Positions 27,462 through 40,739 of a DNA stretch of 64,000 nt are shown here, one piece after another; the stretch's first letter is position 1; every line of letters begins with the position of its first letter. A program made the translations under genes and the position numbers. Below the pieces are notes generated by a model. The model saw only the letters and a program-made list of their open reading frames with translations, did no database searches and was not told the DNA's origin. The stretch is from the NCBI RefSeq assembly GCF_053078305.1, contig NZ_CP166879.1. One strand, written 5' to 3'.

Positions 27462-27992
27462 TTAGCTCATCGCTTCGAGAACCACACCGTCTTGTTCCAT
27501 CTGGTCGAGACGGGAGAGCAATTTGCGGGTGATTTGCTCGAGCTGATCTTTTTCTGTTGTGCTGAGCGCGGACCAGAGTTGATGCAGGCAGTTATGCTGC
27601 GGCGGTAAAACCTCGCGCAAAAACTCGTGACCTTTTTCCGTTAATTGCAGATGCAGGCAGCGGCGATCGTTATCGCTTTCACGACGTTCGATCCAACCGC
27701 GTTTTTCCAGTTCATCGGCAATACGCGTCGCGTTGGTACGGGATGATCCAAGAGCACAACTCAATTCAGAAGGCTGAATACTGTGGTTTTCCTGAGACTC
27801 CAGCGTAATCAACGCCATAAACAACGTCTCGTTAATCCCCTGAGCCTTCAGCATTTTATTGCGGTTCTCCAGCAGCTTGCTTTGCATATGCATGCAAAGA
27901 CGAGTCAGAAGGATCTCCTGATAAGGAAAATCTTCGTGGCGGCTGGCGCGAAATTTTAGCATTTGTTCAATGGGCGTAAACGAACTATCCAT
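27462..27992 (-). CDS. mprA: MarR-family repressor EmrR/MprA
   Basis: 176-aa ORF with MarR wHTH; first gene of emrRAB. Confidence 0.93.
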
Positions 27993-28082
27993 TTGGGTAT
28001 GACCTCATTAATTTCAGCCGATATAGTAACGACAGTGACAAATAAAGTAAATGTATTGTTTTAGAAAAATGATTCTTGTGGG

Positions 28083-28418
28083 TTATATAATCGCCATCAC
28101 TTTCCAGGCGAGCCCATAGGCCAGCGCACTAAGCAGTGTTGGGATGATAATGCTGCGTGTTTTATAGAAACTGGCACCCAGTACCGCGAAGCCGACCAGC
28201 GTGGGCACGAAACGGCGTGTATCGTGCATCACTTCTGGTGCGGTAGAGACAACCAGCAGAGCGCATATCGAGGCGATGCCAATGGTGTCGAGCAAAATAC
28301 CTACCGCGCCACGTTTGGTTGGGCGGGCATTACCCACACGCAGGCGCAGCGGCAAATAGCGGAAGCAATAATTCGCCGCGCCAACCAGTAACCCAAGCAG
28401 CAGAACCTCATAGCTCAT
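28083..28418 (-). CDS. ygaH: Branched-chain amino acid (L-valine) exporter small subunit YgaH (AzlD-like)
   Basis: 111-aa hydrophobic ORF overlapping the ygaZ stop. Confidence 0.88.
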   Translation of the reverse strand: MSYEVLLLGLLVGAANYCFRYLPLRLRVGNARPTKRGAVGILLDTIGIASICALLVVSTAPEVMHDTRRFVPTLVGFAVLGASFYKTRSIIIPTLLSALAYGLAWKVMAII

Positions 28419-29145
28419 CGGGCGCTCCTTGCCAGAATGCCTGGATTAACGCAGTGAGGCAGCCACAGACAATGCCTGCCAGAATGGCGACGGGAATAGA
28501 AAATAGCGTTACGCCTGCAAGGGCACCAACTAACGCTGCGGTAACGCAAAGAGATTGTTTGCGCTGGAAAGAGGCGAGCAGGAAACTCATAAAGAGTGCC
28601 GGAAGCATAAAACCTAATGCTGCTTCAACGGCGGGATAACCTTGCAGCAAGCCGCTGCCGGAGAATGCCCCTATTACCGTACCAAATACCCACGATGACC
28701 ATGAACTGAAGGCAATGCCGATCATCCAGTTCTCGCTCCAGCGGCGATTATTGCGTACCAGTTTTGCGGTGGCGGCGGCAAAAACCTCATCCGTCAGGCC
28801 AAACGCCCATAGGGCGGTTTTCGATTTTTGCAGACGCTGAATAATACGGCTACGCAGTGACGGGCCATACAAAACATGGCGAACATCCATTGCCATGACG
28901 GTCAGTGCAGCAACCCACAAACTACTCCCTGCTGCCAGCATCGCGGTAATGACGAACTGGCTCGCGCCTGCATAAATGATGCAGGAGAAAAAAACGCTTT
29001 CGAGAGGAGAGAATCCCAGACGGGTCGCATTCAGACCGAACGCAAAGGCCACCGGAATATAACTAATAACAATCGGTAAACTGTCTTTGCATCCTTCCAT
29101 GAAGGTCGCCGAACCAGGAGCAGGCTGTGGAGTAGGGCTTTCCAT
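28408..29145 (-). CDS. ygaZ: Branched-chain amino acid exporter large subunit YgaZ (AzlC-like)
   Basis: 245-aa hydrophobic ORF; ygaZH operon arrangement. Confidence 0.9.
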   Translation of the reverse strand: MESPTPQPAPGSATFMEGCKDSLPIVISYIPVAFAFGLNATRLGFSPLESVFFSCIIYAGASQFVITAMLAAGSSLWVAALTVMAMDVRHVLYGPSLRSRIIQRLQKSKTALWAFGLTDEVFAAATAKLVRNNRRWSENWMIGIAFSSWSSWVFGTVIGAFSGSGLLQGYPAVEAALGFMLPALFMSFLLASFQRKQSLCVTAALVGALAGVTLFSIPVAILAGIVCGCLTALIQAFWQGAPDEL

Positions 29146-29268
29146 AGAGTGTACGCTTAACGATTGTTAATATTATAAATAGACTGAATGAATATCTTAA
29201 CCTTATCAGACTGATGGGCTTCTTAACACCCTTATAAGTGTAAAGCCACGAAAACGGTTGCTGATTGC

Positions 29269-30453
29269 TTAATTTGCGGCTTCCTGACGATGAAAACCTC
29301 GCCACCAGACCAGTAAGTTAACCAGGGCAATCGTCGCGCCAGCCAGACAAACGCCAGCCCAACCGCCATGTTGCCAGGCTGAGGCTGAAATTAGCGAACC
29401 GGCGGCACCGCCAATAAAGTAGCTGGTCATGTAACCTGCGGTCAGGCGATTACGCGCATCAGGATGTATTCGATAAATTACCGTCTGGTTAGTGATATGC
29501 ACGCCCTGTACGGTGAGGTCCAGCACCAGAATGCCGATAATCAACGCCAGTACGGAAGTGTGACCAAACCAGATTGCCAGCCATGAAAGTAACAGCAGCA
29601 GCAGACCGAAAGTTGTGGTGTGGTGCGATTTGCCCTTGTCGGCAAAACCGCCCGCCGGACGAGCGCCCAACGCTCCGGCAGCCCCCGCAAGTCCAAACAG
29701 ACCAATGACGCCATCGTTGTAATTAAAAGGCGGTGCGGCAAGCAAAAAGGCCATTGAGGTCCAGAGAATGCTGAAGTTGGCAAAGGTCAGGCAGCCCAGC
29801 AACGCGCGGGTGCGCAGGATCTTATTGCTGATAAACATACTGAAAACGGAACCCAACAACTGTGGGTAATTGAGGTGGGTTTCTGATTTCATTTGTGGCA
29901 GACCACGCCATAATGCTAGCGCCATCAGAGCCATTAACACCGAGGCAACCCAAAAGACGGTGCGCCAGCCGCCGAGGTTTGCCAGTAACCCGGCAACGGT
30001 TCGTGCCAGCAATATCCCCAACAGCAGGCCGCTCATAATGGTGCCAACCACTTTGCCGCGTTTATCCGGTGAAGCCAGCGTCGCTGCCAGTGGAACCAGA
30101 ATTTGTGCCACGACTGAGAATAAACCGGTTAATGCCGTACCGAGGATCATCATCGCCAGCGACTGACTGCTGGCGGTAATCAACATGCCGCATGCCGCCA
30201 GTAAGGTCATCGAGACAATCAGGCGGCGGCGTTCAAACATATCACCGAGGGGAACAAGAAACAGTAGACCTGCGGCATAGCCCAACTGCGCGGCGGTAAC
30301 AATAAAGCCTGCCGAACTGGCGGAAAGGGAAAAGTTACGCGCGATGGTGTCGAGCAATGGCTGGGCGTAATAGTTACTGGCTACCGCCAGACCGGTGGCG
30401 ATAGACATCAGCACGATTAGCGCCGGGCTAAGCTCATGATTAGGTTTGGTCAT
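29269..30453 (-). CDS. ygaY: MFS transporter YgaY, apparently intact (394 aa)
   Basis: Single uninterrupted 394-aa ORF with 12-TMS MFS character; position between ygaZ and proX. Confidence 0.85.
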   Translation of the reverse strand: MTKPNHELSPALIVLMSIATGLAVASNYYAQPLLDTIARNFSLSASSAGFIVTAAQLGYAAGLLFLVPLGDMFERRRLIVSMTLLAACGMLITASSQSLAMMILGTALTGLFSVVAQILVPLAATLASPDKRGKVVGTIMSGLLLGILLARTVAGLLANLGGWRTVFWVASVLMALMALALWRGLPQMKSETHLNYPQLLGSVFSMFISNKILRTRALLGCLTFANFSILWTSMAFLLAAPPFNYNDGVIGLFGLAGAAGALGARPAGGFADKGKSHHTTTFGLLLLLLSWLAIWFGHTSVLALIIGILVLDLTVQGVHITNQTVIYRIHPDARNRLTAGYMTSYFIGGAAGSLISASAWQHGGWAGVCLAGATIALVNLLVWWRGFHRQEAAN

Positions 30454-30554
30454 TATTTTTGTTCATCAGGTGATGATTAAGCTGGAAATCAATAATAGCG
30501 GATGTTGATGAATATGGGATGAAAGATAGATTGTTGAAATGTGCGGTGTGGTTT

Positions 30555-30636
<82 letters not shown>

Positions 30637-30644
30637 AATAAAAA

Positions 30645-31637
30645 TTACTTCTGCGCTGCCAACGCCTCATTCACCCAGCCATCGAACTGTTGCTGGTGGG
30701 CTTTGATCCAGCCATCAACGTGGCCCTGAATATCGCCTTCTGAGGCTTTGCCGTCATGCATAATGGCGTTCTGGGCGTTAATATCTGCCACTGGCAACTG
30801 CATAATGGCAAACAGTTTCGCTGCTGCAGGGTTTTTCTCGGCCCAGGCTTTATTGGCAACGATATGCATGGTGCTGACCGGGAAGCCGTAATTCGCGCCA
30901 TTCGGCAGTTTGGTATCGGCATTTTTATCGCCCGGCAGTGCAGAGAACGGCACCTGCAACCAGACCACATCTTTCCCTGGCTTCAGCTCATTACTCACCC
31001 AGTACGGCGTCCAGGTGTAGTAAAACACCGGTTTGCCCTCTTTGTAACGACTGATGGTGTCAGCCATCATCGCCGCGTAGTTCCCCTGATTATGCGTCAC
31101 GGTATTGGTCAGTTCATACGCGGCAAGCTGGTGGTTGATCGCCCCTTCGCAGCCCCAGCCAGGGTTACAGCCAGTCAAATCCGCTTTACCGTCGCCGTTG
31201 GTATCGAACAGTTTGGCGATCTTCGGATCTTTTAGTTGTGCGATGTTGGTGATTTTGTACTGGTCGGCGGTTTTCTTATCGATCAGGTAACCCTGTGCCG
31301 CGCCGTTAACAAATACCCCTTCACGATAAAATTTCTTATCGCCACCGGCAGCTTCGTACATGTTGTCATGCAGTGGCGTCCAGTTCACGGCGGTGAAGGT
31401 TGCATCGCCGGAAGCAAGCGAGGTGTAGCCAACGTTGTAATCTACTTCGCTGGGTTTGTTGACGGTATAGCCTAATTTCTCCAGCGCACGGCTGACCAGC
31501 AGTGTCTGGAAGGTTTCTTCGGTGATGGTGCTTTGAACTGGATTAACAGTAATGCCTTTGCCCGGCAGATCGGCAGCAAAAGTTTGTGTAGAGATAAGCG
31601 TGGCAAACGCTGTCGCAAAAAGTACGCTATGTCGCAT
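30645..31637 (-). CDS. proX: Glycine betaine/proline ABC transporter periplasmic binding protein ProX
   Basis: ORF 30645..31685; from [28 protein letters not shown].. with signal peptide; start placed at the internal Met. Confidence 0.93.
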
Positions 31638-31693
31638 TGTTATTCCTTTTTTTGGCAGGGTGATATGCCCGGCGTCACCGGGCAAGTGCAGAG

Positions 31694-32758
31694 TTACTTA
31701 ATGAATGGGCGGGTCAGCAGACCGACAGGGCCAGTGGTGTACCAGCGACGGTTGCCGCGACTGCGTGAGTCGCGCCCAACGGCCTGCGTCAGGCGATCGA
31801 GGATAATGGCGAGGATCACAATCCCGACGCCGCCAACGGTGGCAAGCCCCATATCCAGACGACCGATACCGCGAAGTACCATCTGACCCAGCCCGCCGAC
31901 GGCAATCATCGAGGCAATGACCACCATAGAAAGGGCCAGCATCAGCGTCTGGTTAACGCCCGCCATAATGGTCGGCATCGCCAGCGGTAACTGAACTTTG
32001 AACAGCATCTGGCGCGGGCTGGCACCGAATGAGCGCGAGGCTTCAATCAGATCCGCCGGAACCTGGTTAATCCCCAGAATGGTCAGACGGATAATCGGCG
32101 GCAGAGCAAAGATGATCGTCACCACCACGCCCGGCACGTTACCGATACCAAATAGCATGACGATTGGCACCAGATAAACAAACGCTGGCGTGGTCTGCAT
32201 GGCATCAAGCAGTGGACGAATAATTTTCGCCGCTCGCGGACTTCTCGCCAGCCAGATCCCCAACGGCAAACCGATGACGATACAGAACAGCAGGGCGGTT
32301 AACACCAGCGCCAGAGTCACCATTGCCTGCGACCAGGCACCGATTGCGCCGATGGCAATCAGCGAAACCAGCGTCGCCACGCCCATTCCGACCCCGGAAA
32401 TCTGCCAGGCGATGAGAGCGAAAACGATAATCGCCACTGGCGCTGGCATACCCAGCAGCAATTGCTGGAAACCGTTGAGGATATAATCAACCGGAACGCG
32501 CACGCCCTGGAAGACGGGACGGAAATGGGTAACGACCCAGTCGATCCCTTCAGTGACCCAACTGTCGAGCGGGATCAGCGTTTTATGGAACGGATCGAGA
32601 ATATTAAAATGCTCGACGTTTGGCGCAGGCGTACTGGTCAGCCAGTCAGCACCACCGCCGTCAGTCGGTGCAGTCGTCGGTGTACCCCAGGCGTCTGCGG
32701 ATGGCGCGGCACTGTCCGCCGCTGGTGTGGTATCCCACGGATTATTTTGATCAGCCAT
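31694..32758 (-). CDS. proW: Glycine betaine/proline ABC transporter permease ProW
   Basis: 354-aa ORF with ABC permease EAA-type region and hydrophobic core. Confidence 0.93.
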
Positions 32759-33953
32759 TATTTACCCCCTCACGATCTAAAGCGCGCAGCAGCATTCCTT
32801 TCGAAATGATGCCGACATACTGTTGGTCCTCGTCGACCACGGGCACCGCACAGGGTGCCTGTCCGACATGAGAGAGCAACTCGCTAAGAGGCGTTTGTGC
32901 ATCGACTGCTAACGGCGCATCAATCAGCGCCGCATCAAGACCTTGCTGCTGCGTTAACGCGGTTTTAAGCGAATCGATGGAGACTGCGCCGACAAACTTA
33001 TTACCGCGTTCGATAACGTAGCCATATTCGCGATCTTCATCCTGCAATAATTTCAGTGCCGAACGTGGGCCGAAGCCAGGGGTTTTACGAATTAAGCCAT
33101 TCGGTGTCCGGCGGGCAATATCTTTCGCACTGAATACCTGACTAATATCAACGCCACGGAAGAAGGTACGGACATAATCATTCGCCGGATTATTGAGAAT
33201 TTCATCCGGTGTGCCGACCTGTACCACTTCACCATTTTGCATAATGGCAATTCGGTCGCCAATACGCATGGCTTCATCGAGATCGTGGGAAATAAAGACA
33301 ATGGTGCGCTGATGTTTCGCCTGTAATTTTACCAGCTCATCCTGCATCTCGGTGCGAATTAATGGATCGAGCGCCGAGAAGGCTTCATCCATTAATAAAA
33401 TATCCGGATTAATCGCTAACGCGCGGGCTAATCCCACACGTTGACGCATCCCGCCAGAGAGTTCATCCGGGTAGCTGTGGGCATAATTTTCCAGCCCGAC
33501 CTGACGCAGTGCATCAATGGCTTTTTCCCGGCGTTCTTCGGCATTAATTCCGGCCAATTCCATACCAAACGCAGTATTGTCCAGCACGGTCATATGCGGC
33601 ATTAAGGCAAAGGACTGGAAGACCATCGCAATCTTTTTTCTGCGCACCTCACGGAGTTCGGCGTCGGATATTTTGGCAATATCCACACCATCAATCAGTA
33701 CTTGCCCGCGGGTGGGTTCAATCAGGCGATTGAGAAGGCGTACCATTGTGGATTTACCCGAGCCGGATAATCCCATGATGACAAATATCTCGCCTTCTTC
33801 AATGGCCAGACTGGCGTCTTTTACGCCAAGCGATAGCCCAGTTTTTTCCAGAATTTGTTCTTTTGAAAGTCCTTGTTCGATATATTTGAACGCTCGCTGT
33901 GGATGCTCGCCAAATATTTTATAAAGATTTTTAATTTCTAATTTAATTGCCAT
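32751..33953 (-). CDS. proV: Glycine betaine/proline ABC transporter ATPase ProV (tandem CBS C-terminus)
   Basis: 400-aa ORF; Walker [10 protein letters not shown], signature [14 protein letters not shown]. Confidence 0.95.
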   Translation of the reverse strand: MAIKLEIKNLYKIFGEHPQRAFKYIEQGLSKEQILEKTGLSLGVKDASLAIEEGEIFVIMGLSGSGKSTMVRLLNRLIEPTRGQVLIDGVDIAKISDAELREVRRKKIAMVFQSFALMPHMTVLDNTAFGMELAGINAEERREKAIDALRQVGLENYAHSYPDELSGGMRQRVGLARALAINPDILLMDEAFSALDPLIRTEMQDELVKLQAKHQRTIVFISHDLDEAMRIGDRIAIMQNGEVVQVGTPDEILNNPANDYVRTFFRGVDISQVFSAKDIARRTPNGLIRKTPGFGPRSALKLLQDEDREYGYVIERGNKFVGAVSIDSLKTALTQQQGLDAALIDAPLAVDAQTPLSELLSHVGQAPCAVPVVDEDQQYVGIISKGMLLRALDREGVNNG

Positions 33954-34163
33954 GCAATAGAAAGATTCCTGTTATTTGTTTATGTCGATATATTACCCAA
34001 TGGAAATAGTCACTTTTTTCTACCCTAACATACTGAGAATCTGAGGCAACCCCTGATGGCAAATGTGGCATGAATATTGATGCGAGCAAATCGCCGGAAT
34101 TTCCCGTGATATAAGGGCTGAGAGCAAATCGAGAAAAGTTGATATTTTTTGTCAAAGATAGCG

Positions 34164-34194
34164 AAAAAACGCCTGAATATTGTGGTTTCAGGCG
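34164..34194 (-). terminator. Rho-independent terminator downstream of nrdF
   Basis: Hairpin cgcctgaa-N9-ttcaggcg; on the minus strand it is followed by a T-run. Confidence 0.6.
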
Positions 34195-34308
34195 AATAAT
34201 GCAACAGAGTATCAGTGTAGATCACCACAAAATATTTGCGTGATAAAAAGCTATTTGGCGGGAATTATTTCCCTGTCGCGGGTAGTGATATTTTTGAAAA
34301 TAACACCC

Positions 34309-35277
<969 letters not shown>

Positions 35278-37422
35278 TTAAAGTGCACAGGAGACGCAGC
35301 CTTCAATTTCAGTGCCTTCCAGCGCCATCTGACGCAGGCGGATGTAATAGAGCGTTTTGATACCTTTGCGCCAGGCGTAAATCTGCGCTTTGTTGATATC
35401 GCGAGTGGTGGCGGTATCGGGGAAAAACAGCGTCAGCGACAGCCCCTGATCGACATGGCGAGTCGCTTCCGCGTAGGTGTCGATGATCTTTTCTGCGCCG
35501 ATTTCGTAAGCGTCCTGATACAGCGCCAGATTTTCGTTAGTCATAAATGGGGCAGGGTAGTAAACGCGTCCTGTTTTGCCCTCTTTGCGTATCTCTACTT
35601 TCGCCACAATCGGATGAATACTCGACGTGGCATGGTTGATATAAGAGATAGAACCGGTTGGCGGCACCGCCTGGAGATTCTGGTTGTAAATGCCGTAGCG
35701 CATCACGTCATCGCGCAGTTGCGCCCACATCTCACGGGTAGGTAACGTAATACCGCTGCGGGCAAACAGTTCGCCAACTTTCGCCGTTTTCGGCTGCCAG
35801 TTACCTTGCAGATATTGGCTGAAATATTCACCACTGGCATAGCGTGACTGTTTGAACCCGGCGAAGGTTTGACCGCGTTCGCGCGCCAGCAACATCGAGG
35901 TACGCAGTGCGTGCCAGGTGATGGTATAGAAATAGAGATTGGTGAAATCCAGTGCTTCCGGCGAACCATAAGCGATGCCTTCTCGCGCCAGATAACCGTG
36001 TAAATTCATCTGCCCCAGTCCGATGGCGTGCGAGGCGGCATTTCCGGCTTCGATGGACGGTACGCTGCGAATATGACTCATATCTGATACTGCCGTTAAA
36101 CCGCGCACGGCAGTCTCTACCGTGCGGGCAAAGTAGGGGGAATCCATGGTGTGGGCAATATTCAACGAACCTAAATTGCAGGAGATATCATGGCCTGTGC
36201 GGGCATAGTCGAGATTCTCGTTATACTCTGAGGCGCTGTTAACCTGCAAAATCTCTGAGCAGAGATTACTCATATTTATGCGCCCGGCGATAGGGTTAGC
36301 ACGGTTTACCGTGTCTTCATACATGATGTACGGATAGCCGGACTCAAACTGGATTTCTGCCAGTCGCTGGAAGAAATCACGGGCGTTGAGGTATTTTTTT
36401 CGAATGCGTTCATCGGCAACCAGTTCGTCATAGTGTTGACTGATGGCCACATCGGCAAACGGCTTGCCATAAACTCGCTCTACGTCATAAGGCGAAAACA
36501 GCGCCATCTGCGCATTCTCTTTTGCCAGATGGAAAGTGATATCCGGGATCACCACGCCAAGCGACAGTGTTTTAATGCGGATTTTTTCGTCGGCATTTTC
36601 CCGTTTCGTGTCGAGAAAACGCAGAATATCGGGATGATGAGCATGTAAATAGACTGCACCAGCCCCCTGACGAGCGCCGAGTTGGTTGGCATAGGAAAAT
36701 GCGTCTTCCAGCATTTTCATCACAGGAATTACGCCAGAAGATTGATTTTCAATACGTTTAATTGGCGCGCCCGCTTCCCGCAGATTCGACAGCAAAAATG
36801 CTACGCCGCCGCCGCGTTTCGACAGTTGCAGTGCGGAATTTACCGCCCGACCAATCGACTCCATATTGTCTTCAATACGCAGCAAAAAACAGGAAACCAG
36901 TTCGCCGCGCTGCTGCTTACCGCAGTTGAGGAATGTTGGCGTGGCTGGCTGAAAGCGTCCTGACAGCATCTCATCTGTCAGTTGCAACGCCAGCGTCTCA
37001 TCGCCTTGTGCCAGCGTCAGCGCCACCATCGTGACTCGATCGGCAAAATCTTCCAGATAACGTTTACCGTCGAATGTCTTCAACGTATAGCTGGTGTAAA
37101 ACTTCCATGCCCCGAGGAATGTCTGGAAACGAAAACCGCTGGTGTGTGCGTGGTCAAACAGCGTAATGACAAAGTCGCGAGAGTAGCGATTAAGAACGCT
37201 TTCATCATAGTAACCTTCGTTGACCAGCCAGTTCAGGCGCTGCTGCTGGCTACTGAAGGTCACACTGTTCGGACGCACATGCGTCGCAATAAAGGCGTCA
37301 ACGGCCTGGCGGTCTTTATCGAACTGAATGCGACCTGCGCTATCGTAGAGGTTAAGCATCGCATTCAGCGCGTGGTAATCCATCGTTTCCTGCGTCAGGC
37401 ATTCTGCGGTTGTCGTTGCCAA
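35278..37422 (-). CDS. nrdE: Class Ib ribonucleotide reductase alpha subunit NrdE
   Basis: 714-aa ORF; C-terminal redox cysteine pair and RNR catalytic core. Confidence 0.95.
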
Positions 37423-37805
37423 AATTCGGTTACTCCTTTACGAACGTTTTCGATATCGCTTTGCGTACCCATGAGTTCAAAGCGGTACAGCCACGGCACG
37501 CCGCATTTCCGGGCAATCACATCTCCAGCGCGGCCATACGCCTCACCAAAGTTGCGATTACCCGAAGCAATAACGCCGCGAAGCAACGCCCGGTTGTGCT
37601 CGTCGTTTAAAAAGCGAATTACCTGTCGTGGCACCGCGCCAGCCGTACCGCCGCCGCCGTAAGAGGGCACGATCAGGATGTAAGGCTCGTCTACCTGAAT
37701 CCGTTCCCGCTCATTGAGCGGGATGCGCACCGCGGGCAGACCTAAACGTTCGATAAAACGCTGCGTGTTTTCGGAGCTGCTGGAGAAGTAGACGAGCTGG
37801 CTCAT
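37395..37805 (-). CDS. nrdI: Flavodoxin-like RNR maturation protein NrdI
   Basis: 136-aa [20 protein letters not shown]..; overlaps nrdE start. Confidence 0.93.
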
Positions 37806-38047
37806 GCACTGGCCGCGTGTGGCGCTGGATGCAGACGGTTAATCATGTCCGGACGGAAACCAGACCAGCTAAGATCGCCAGCAATCACTACCGGCAACTG
37901 ACGAAAGCCCTGAGCACGCAACACTTCTGCCGCTTCAGGAACGCGATCGACATTAATCATTTCAAAATCAAAGCCCCGGTTTTCCATCGCCCGTTTGGTG
38001 GCGTGGCACTGAACGCAATCGTTACGAGTGTAAATAGTAATGCGCAT
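37802..38047 (-). CDS. nrdH: Glutaredoxin-like protein NrdH
   Basis: 81-aa ORF with CVQC redox motif. Confidence 0.93.
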
Positions 38048-38255
38048 GATTCGTATTTCCGTTTAAAATGAAGATACGGCGCGATGATACGCGTCGGGTT
38101 GTCTCTCTGTTGATACAGAGATACTAGATGTAGTTTAAAAAAGATTCAACCATACAAGATATGGGAATTTTAGATTGATTACGCCACCGATGAATGGCTC
38201 AACGGGGTAGGGGATTTTGTGTTTTTTTGCCGGGTGATTACCCGGCATCAAGAAG

Positions 38256-38687
38256 TTACATGCGCATGGAAACGGCCAGACGGTTAAAACAATTCATCAG
38301 CCCGATGGCAAACGTTAAGTCGCTGATTTCTGCTGCGCTGAAATGCTCAAGCAAAGGTTGATAAACCTCGTCTTCCGCATGGGTTCGGGCAATATCGGTT
38401 ACCGATTCCGCCCATGCCAGCGCCGCCCGCTCGCGATCGTCAAAATGATGGCTTACGCGCCAGCCTGCCAGGGCGTCCAGTTTGTGCTGCGGCACACCGG
38501 ATTTGCGTAATGCTTTGCTGTGCATCTCCAGACAAAATGCGCAGCCGTTGATTTGCGAGACGCGCAAATAAATTAACTCCATCAGCGTGGTATCCAGCGC
38601 GCTATTTTCCAGTGCCGTTTTGGCCTGCACCAGTGCGTTATACACTGCCGGGCTAAGTTCGTAGTAAGGCTGACGTAATGTAGTCAT
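38256..38687 (-). CDS. Carboxymuconolactone decarboxylase / AhpD-like family protein
   Basis: 143-aa ORF; core motif NGCAFCLEMH typical of the AhpD/CMD fold; divergent from the MocR-like regulator. Confidence 0.6.
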   Translation of the reverse strand: MTTLRQPYYELSPAVYNALVQAKTALENSALDTTLMELIYLRVSQINGCAFCLEMHSKALRKSGVPQHKLDALAGWRVSHHFDDRERAALAWAESVTDIARTHAEDEVYQPLLEHFSAAEISDLTFAIGLMNCFNRLAVSMRM

Positions 38688-38774
38688 ACAGTTTCTCCTC
38701 TTATTAACGCCCGCAATGTAGCACTATAATGGACTGCTAAAGAGAGCCATAAATTACCTAAAAAAGCAGACCAT

Positions 38775-40109
38775 ATGCCACGTTATCAGGATATCGCCCG
38801 TCAGTTAAAAACGGCTATTGAGCAAGGGGAACTGAAACCTGGCGCAAGGCTACCTTCGAGTCGTACCTGGTCGCAGGAGTTGGGCGTCTCTCGATCCACT
38901 GTCGAAAATGCGTATGCTGAGCTGGTGGCGCAGGGATGGCTGGTCAGGCGGGGACAGGCGGGTACCTTTGTCAGTGAGCAGATACATCCGCAACAGTCTG
39001 CTGTGGATGTCGTGGCTTTTGCTGGTGAAAGTCAGCAGCCGCTGCCTTTTCAGATGGGGCTACCTGCACTTGATCTTTTTCCGCGTGAATTGTGGGCGCG
39101 GGTGATGGGCCGCCGTCTGCGTACCCAGACGCGTTTTGATTTGGCATTAGGCGATGTCTGCGGCGAGGCGGCCTTGCGCGAGGCTATTGTTGATTATTTA
39201 CGCGTTTCACGTGGGATTGATTGTCAGCCAGAGCAGGTCTTTATCACTCACGGTTATGCGGCCTCAATGGCTTTAATTCTGCACGCTCTGGCGCAACCGG
39301 GAGACGGGATGTGGATGGAAGATCCCGGCTTTCCGCTGATTCGCCCGATTGTCACTCGCCACGGTGTGGAAATTTTACCTGTGCCGGTTGATGACAACGG
39401 ACTGGATGTCACAAGCGGAATACAAAATTATCCTGATGCGCGTTTTGCCCTGATTACTCCGGCACACCAAAGCCCGCTGGGTGTGGCACTCTCTTTAGCG
39501 CGTAGGTATCAGATACTGGAATGGGCAGAGCGTAGTCAGGCATGGATTATTGAAGATGATTACGACAGTGAGTTTCGCTATCACGGTAAGCCGTTACCGG
39601 CACTAAAAAGTCTCGACGCGCCGCAGCGGGTGATTTATGCCGGAACATTCAGCAAAGCGCTATTTCCTGCATTGCGCTGTGCGTGGCTGGTGGTGCCGGT
39701 GGAGCAGATTTCGCAATTCCGGCAGCAGGCGTCACTGGAACCATGTGCTGTACCCGTACTGTGGCAGAACACACTGGCAGATTTCATCCGTGAGGGGCAT
39801 TTCTGGCGGCATCTGAAGAAAATGCGCCAGCATTATGCCCAGCGACGGCAGTGGATTGAGCAGGCACTTACGCAGCAGGGATTTCAGGTTGTGCCGCAAA
39901 AAGGCGGTATCCAGATGGTGATCAAACTAGCAGGTAATGACGTGACATTCGTGCATAAAGCCAATGCTGCTGGTCTTGCCGTACAGGCACTTAGCGACTG
40001 GCGTATCCGCTCAAGCGAGGACGGAGGATTATTGCTCTCGTTTACGAATATCGTTAGCGAAAGTATGGCGCGACAGGTAGCACAGCAATTGCGCAGTGCT
40101 TTAAATTAA
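38775..40109 (+). CDS. MocR/GabR-type transcriptional regulator (GntR wHTH fused to a PLP-dependent aminotransferase-like domain)
   Basis: 444-aa ORF; N-terminal GntR HTH (RLPSSRTWSQELGVSRSTVENAYAELVAQGWLVRRGQAGTFV) and C-terminal fold-type-I region with GTFSK PLP-lysine motif. Confidence 0.8.
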   Translation: MPRYQDIARQLKTAIEQGELKPGARLPSSRTWSQELGVSRSTVENAYAELVAQGWLVRRGQAGTFVSEQIHPQQSAVDVVAFAGESQQPLPFQMGLPALDLFPRELWARVMGRRLRTQTRFDLALGDVCGEAALREAIVDYLRVSRGIDCQPEQVFITHGYAASMALILHALAQPGDGMWMEDPGFPLIRPIVTRHGVEILPVPVDDNGLDVTSGIQNYPDARFALITPAHQSPLGVALSLARRYQILEWAERSQAWIIEDDYDSEFRYHGKPLPALKSLDAPQRVIYAGTFSKALFPALRCAWLVVPVEQISQFRQQASLEPCAVPVLWQNTLADFIREGHFWRHLKKMRQHYAQRRQWIEQALTQQGFQVVPQKGGIQMVIKLAGNDVTFVHKANAAGLAVQALSDWRIRSSEDGGLLLSFTNIVSESMARQVAQQLRSALN

Positions 40110-40258
40110 TAACCCCGAAGCCAGGCTTCGGGGTCCTATAAGACTGGTGACCAGGGCAAAATCCCCTGATGCGCTATGTTTTTCAGGCCTGTAGGCGGAC
40201 AAGGCGTTGACGCACTGAGTACTTTTCAGAAGTCAGACTACTGCTTGTCATCGTCTCA

Positions 40259-40588
40259 CTACGATTTACGCATGCTCAACAACGCACCGATAAAAATACC
40301 CACCGCTGCCGCTGTACCCACACTACACCAGGGTCTTTCACGAACAAAAGAATCCGCGCAGCCTACGGCATCGCGCGCGGCTTGCTGGACGCGAGTACGA
40401 CCATGCATTCGCGCCCTGGTTTCTTTCAGCAATGCCTGAGCTTTACTGCGTGCGGCTTCAGCTTCCCCTTTGGCGTCGCTGCCCCAGGACTTCAATACAG
40501 ATTCGAGGCTGTCAGCTAATTGATTGACATCATTCTGGATATCCTGCACGCCATCATCAACGTCGTTGCGGTTCGGTCGGTTAAACAT
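40259..40588 (-). CDS. ygaM: DUF883/ElaB-family ribosome-associated membrane-anchored protein YgaM
   Basis: ORF 40259..40600; from MFNRPNRNDVDDGVQDIQNDV.. with C-terminal TMS; start placed at the second Met. Confidence 0.85.
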   Translation of the reverse strand: MFNRPNRNDVDDGVQDIQNDVNQLADSLESVLKSWGSDAKGEAEAARSKAQALLKETRARMHGRTRVQQAARDAVGCADSFVRERPWCSVGTAAAVGIFIGALLSMRKS

Positions 40589-40739
40589 ATGATCCCCCAT
40601 TAGAATTCGATGTAATTTTCAGTGTAGACCATAATTTTCTTAACTGAGGTTCATCGCGGCTTTATGGACTTTTCTGAAAGCGTTGTGAATGCGCAATCAG
40701 GTAAGGTAGGCCCGCGGTTGATAATAACGAGGATCAAAT

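Noticed and set aside
36982-37662. 226-aa plus-strand ORF antisense to nrdE/nrdI
   Set aside because: Embedded antisense in the nrd operon.
38048-38255. Fur and NrdR boxes upstream of nrdH
   Set aside because: Expected here from known nrdHIEF regulation, but I could not identify convincing matches by eye and did not want to assign coordinates without a PWM scan.
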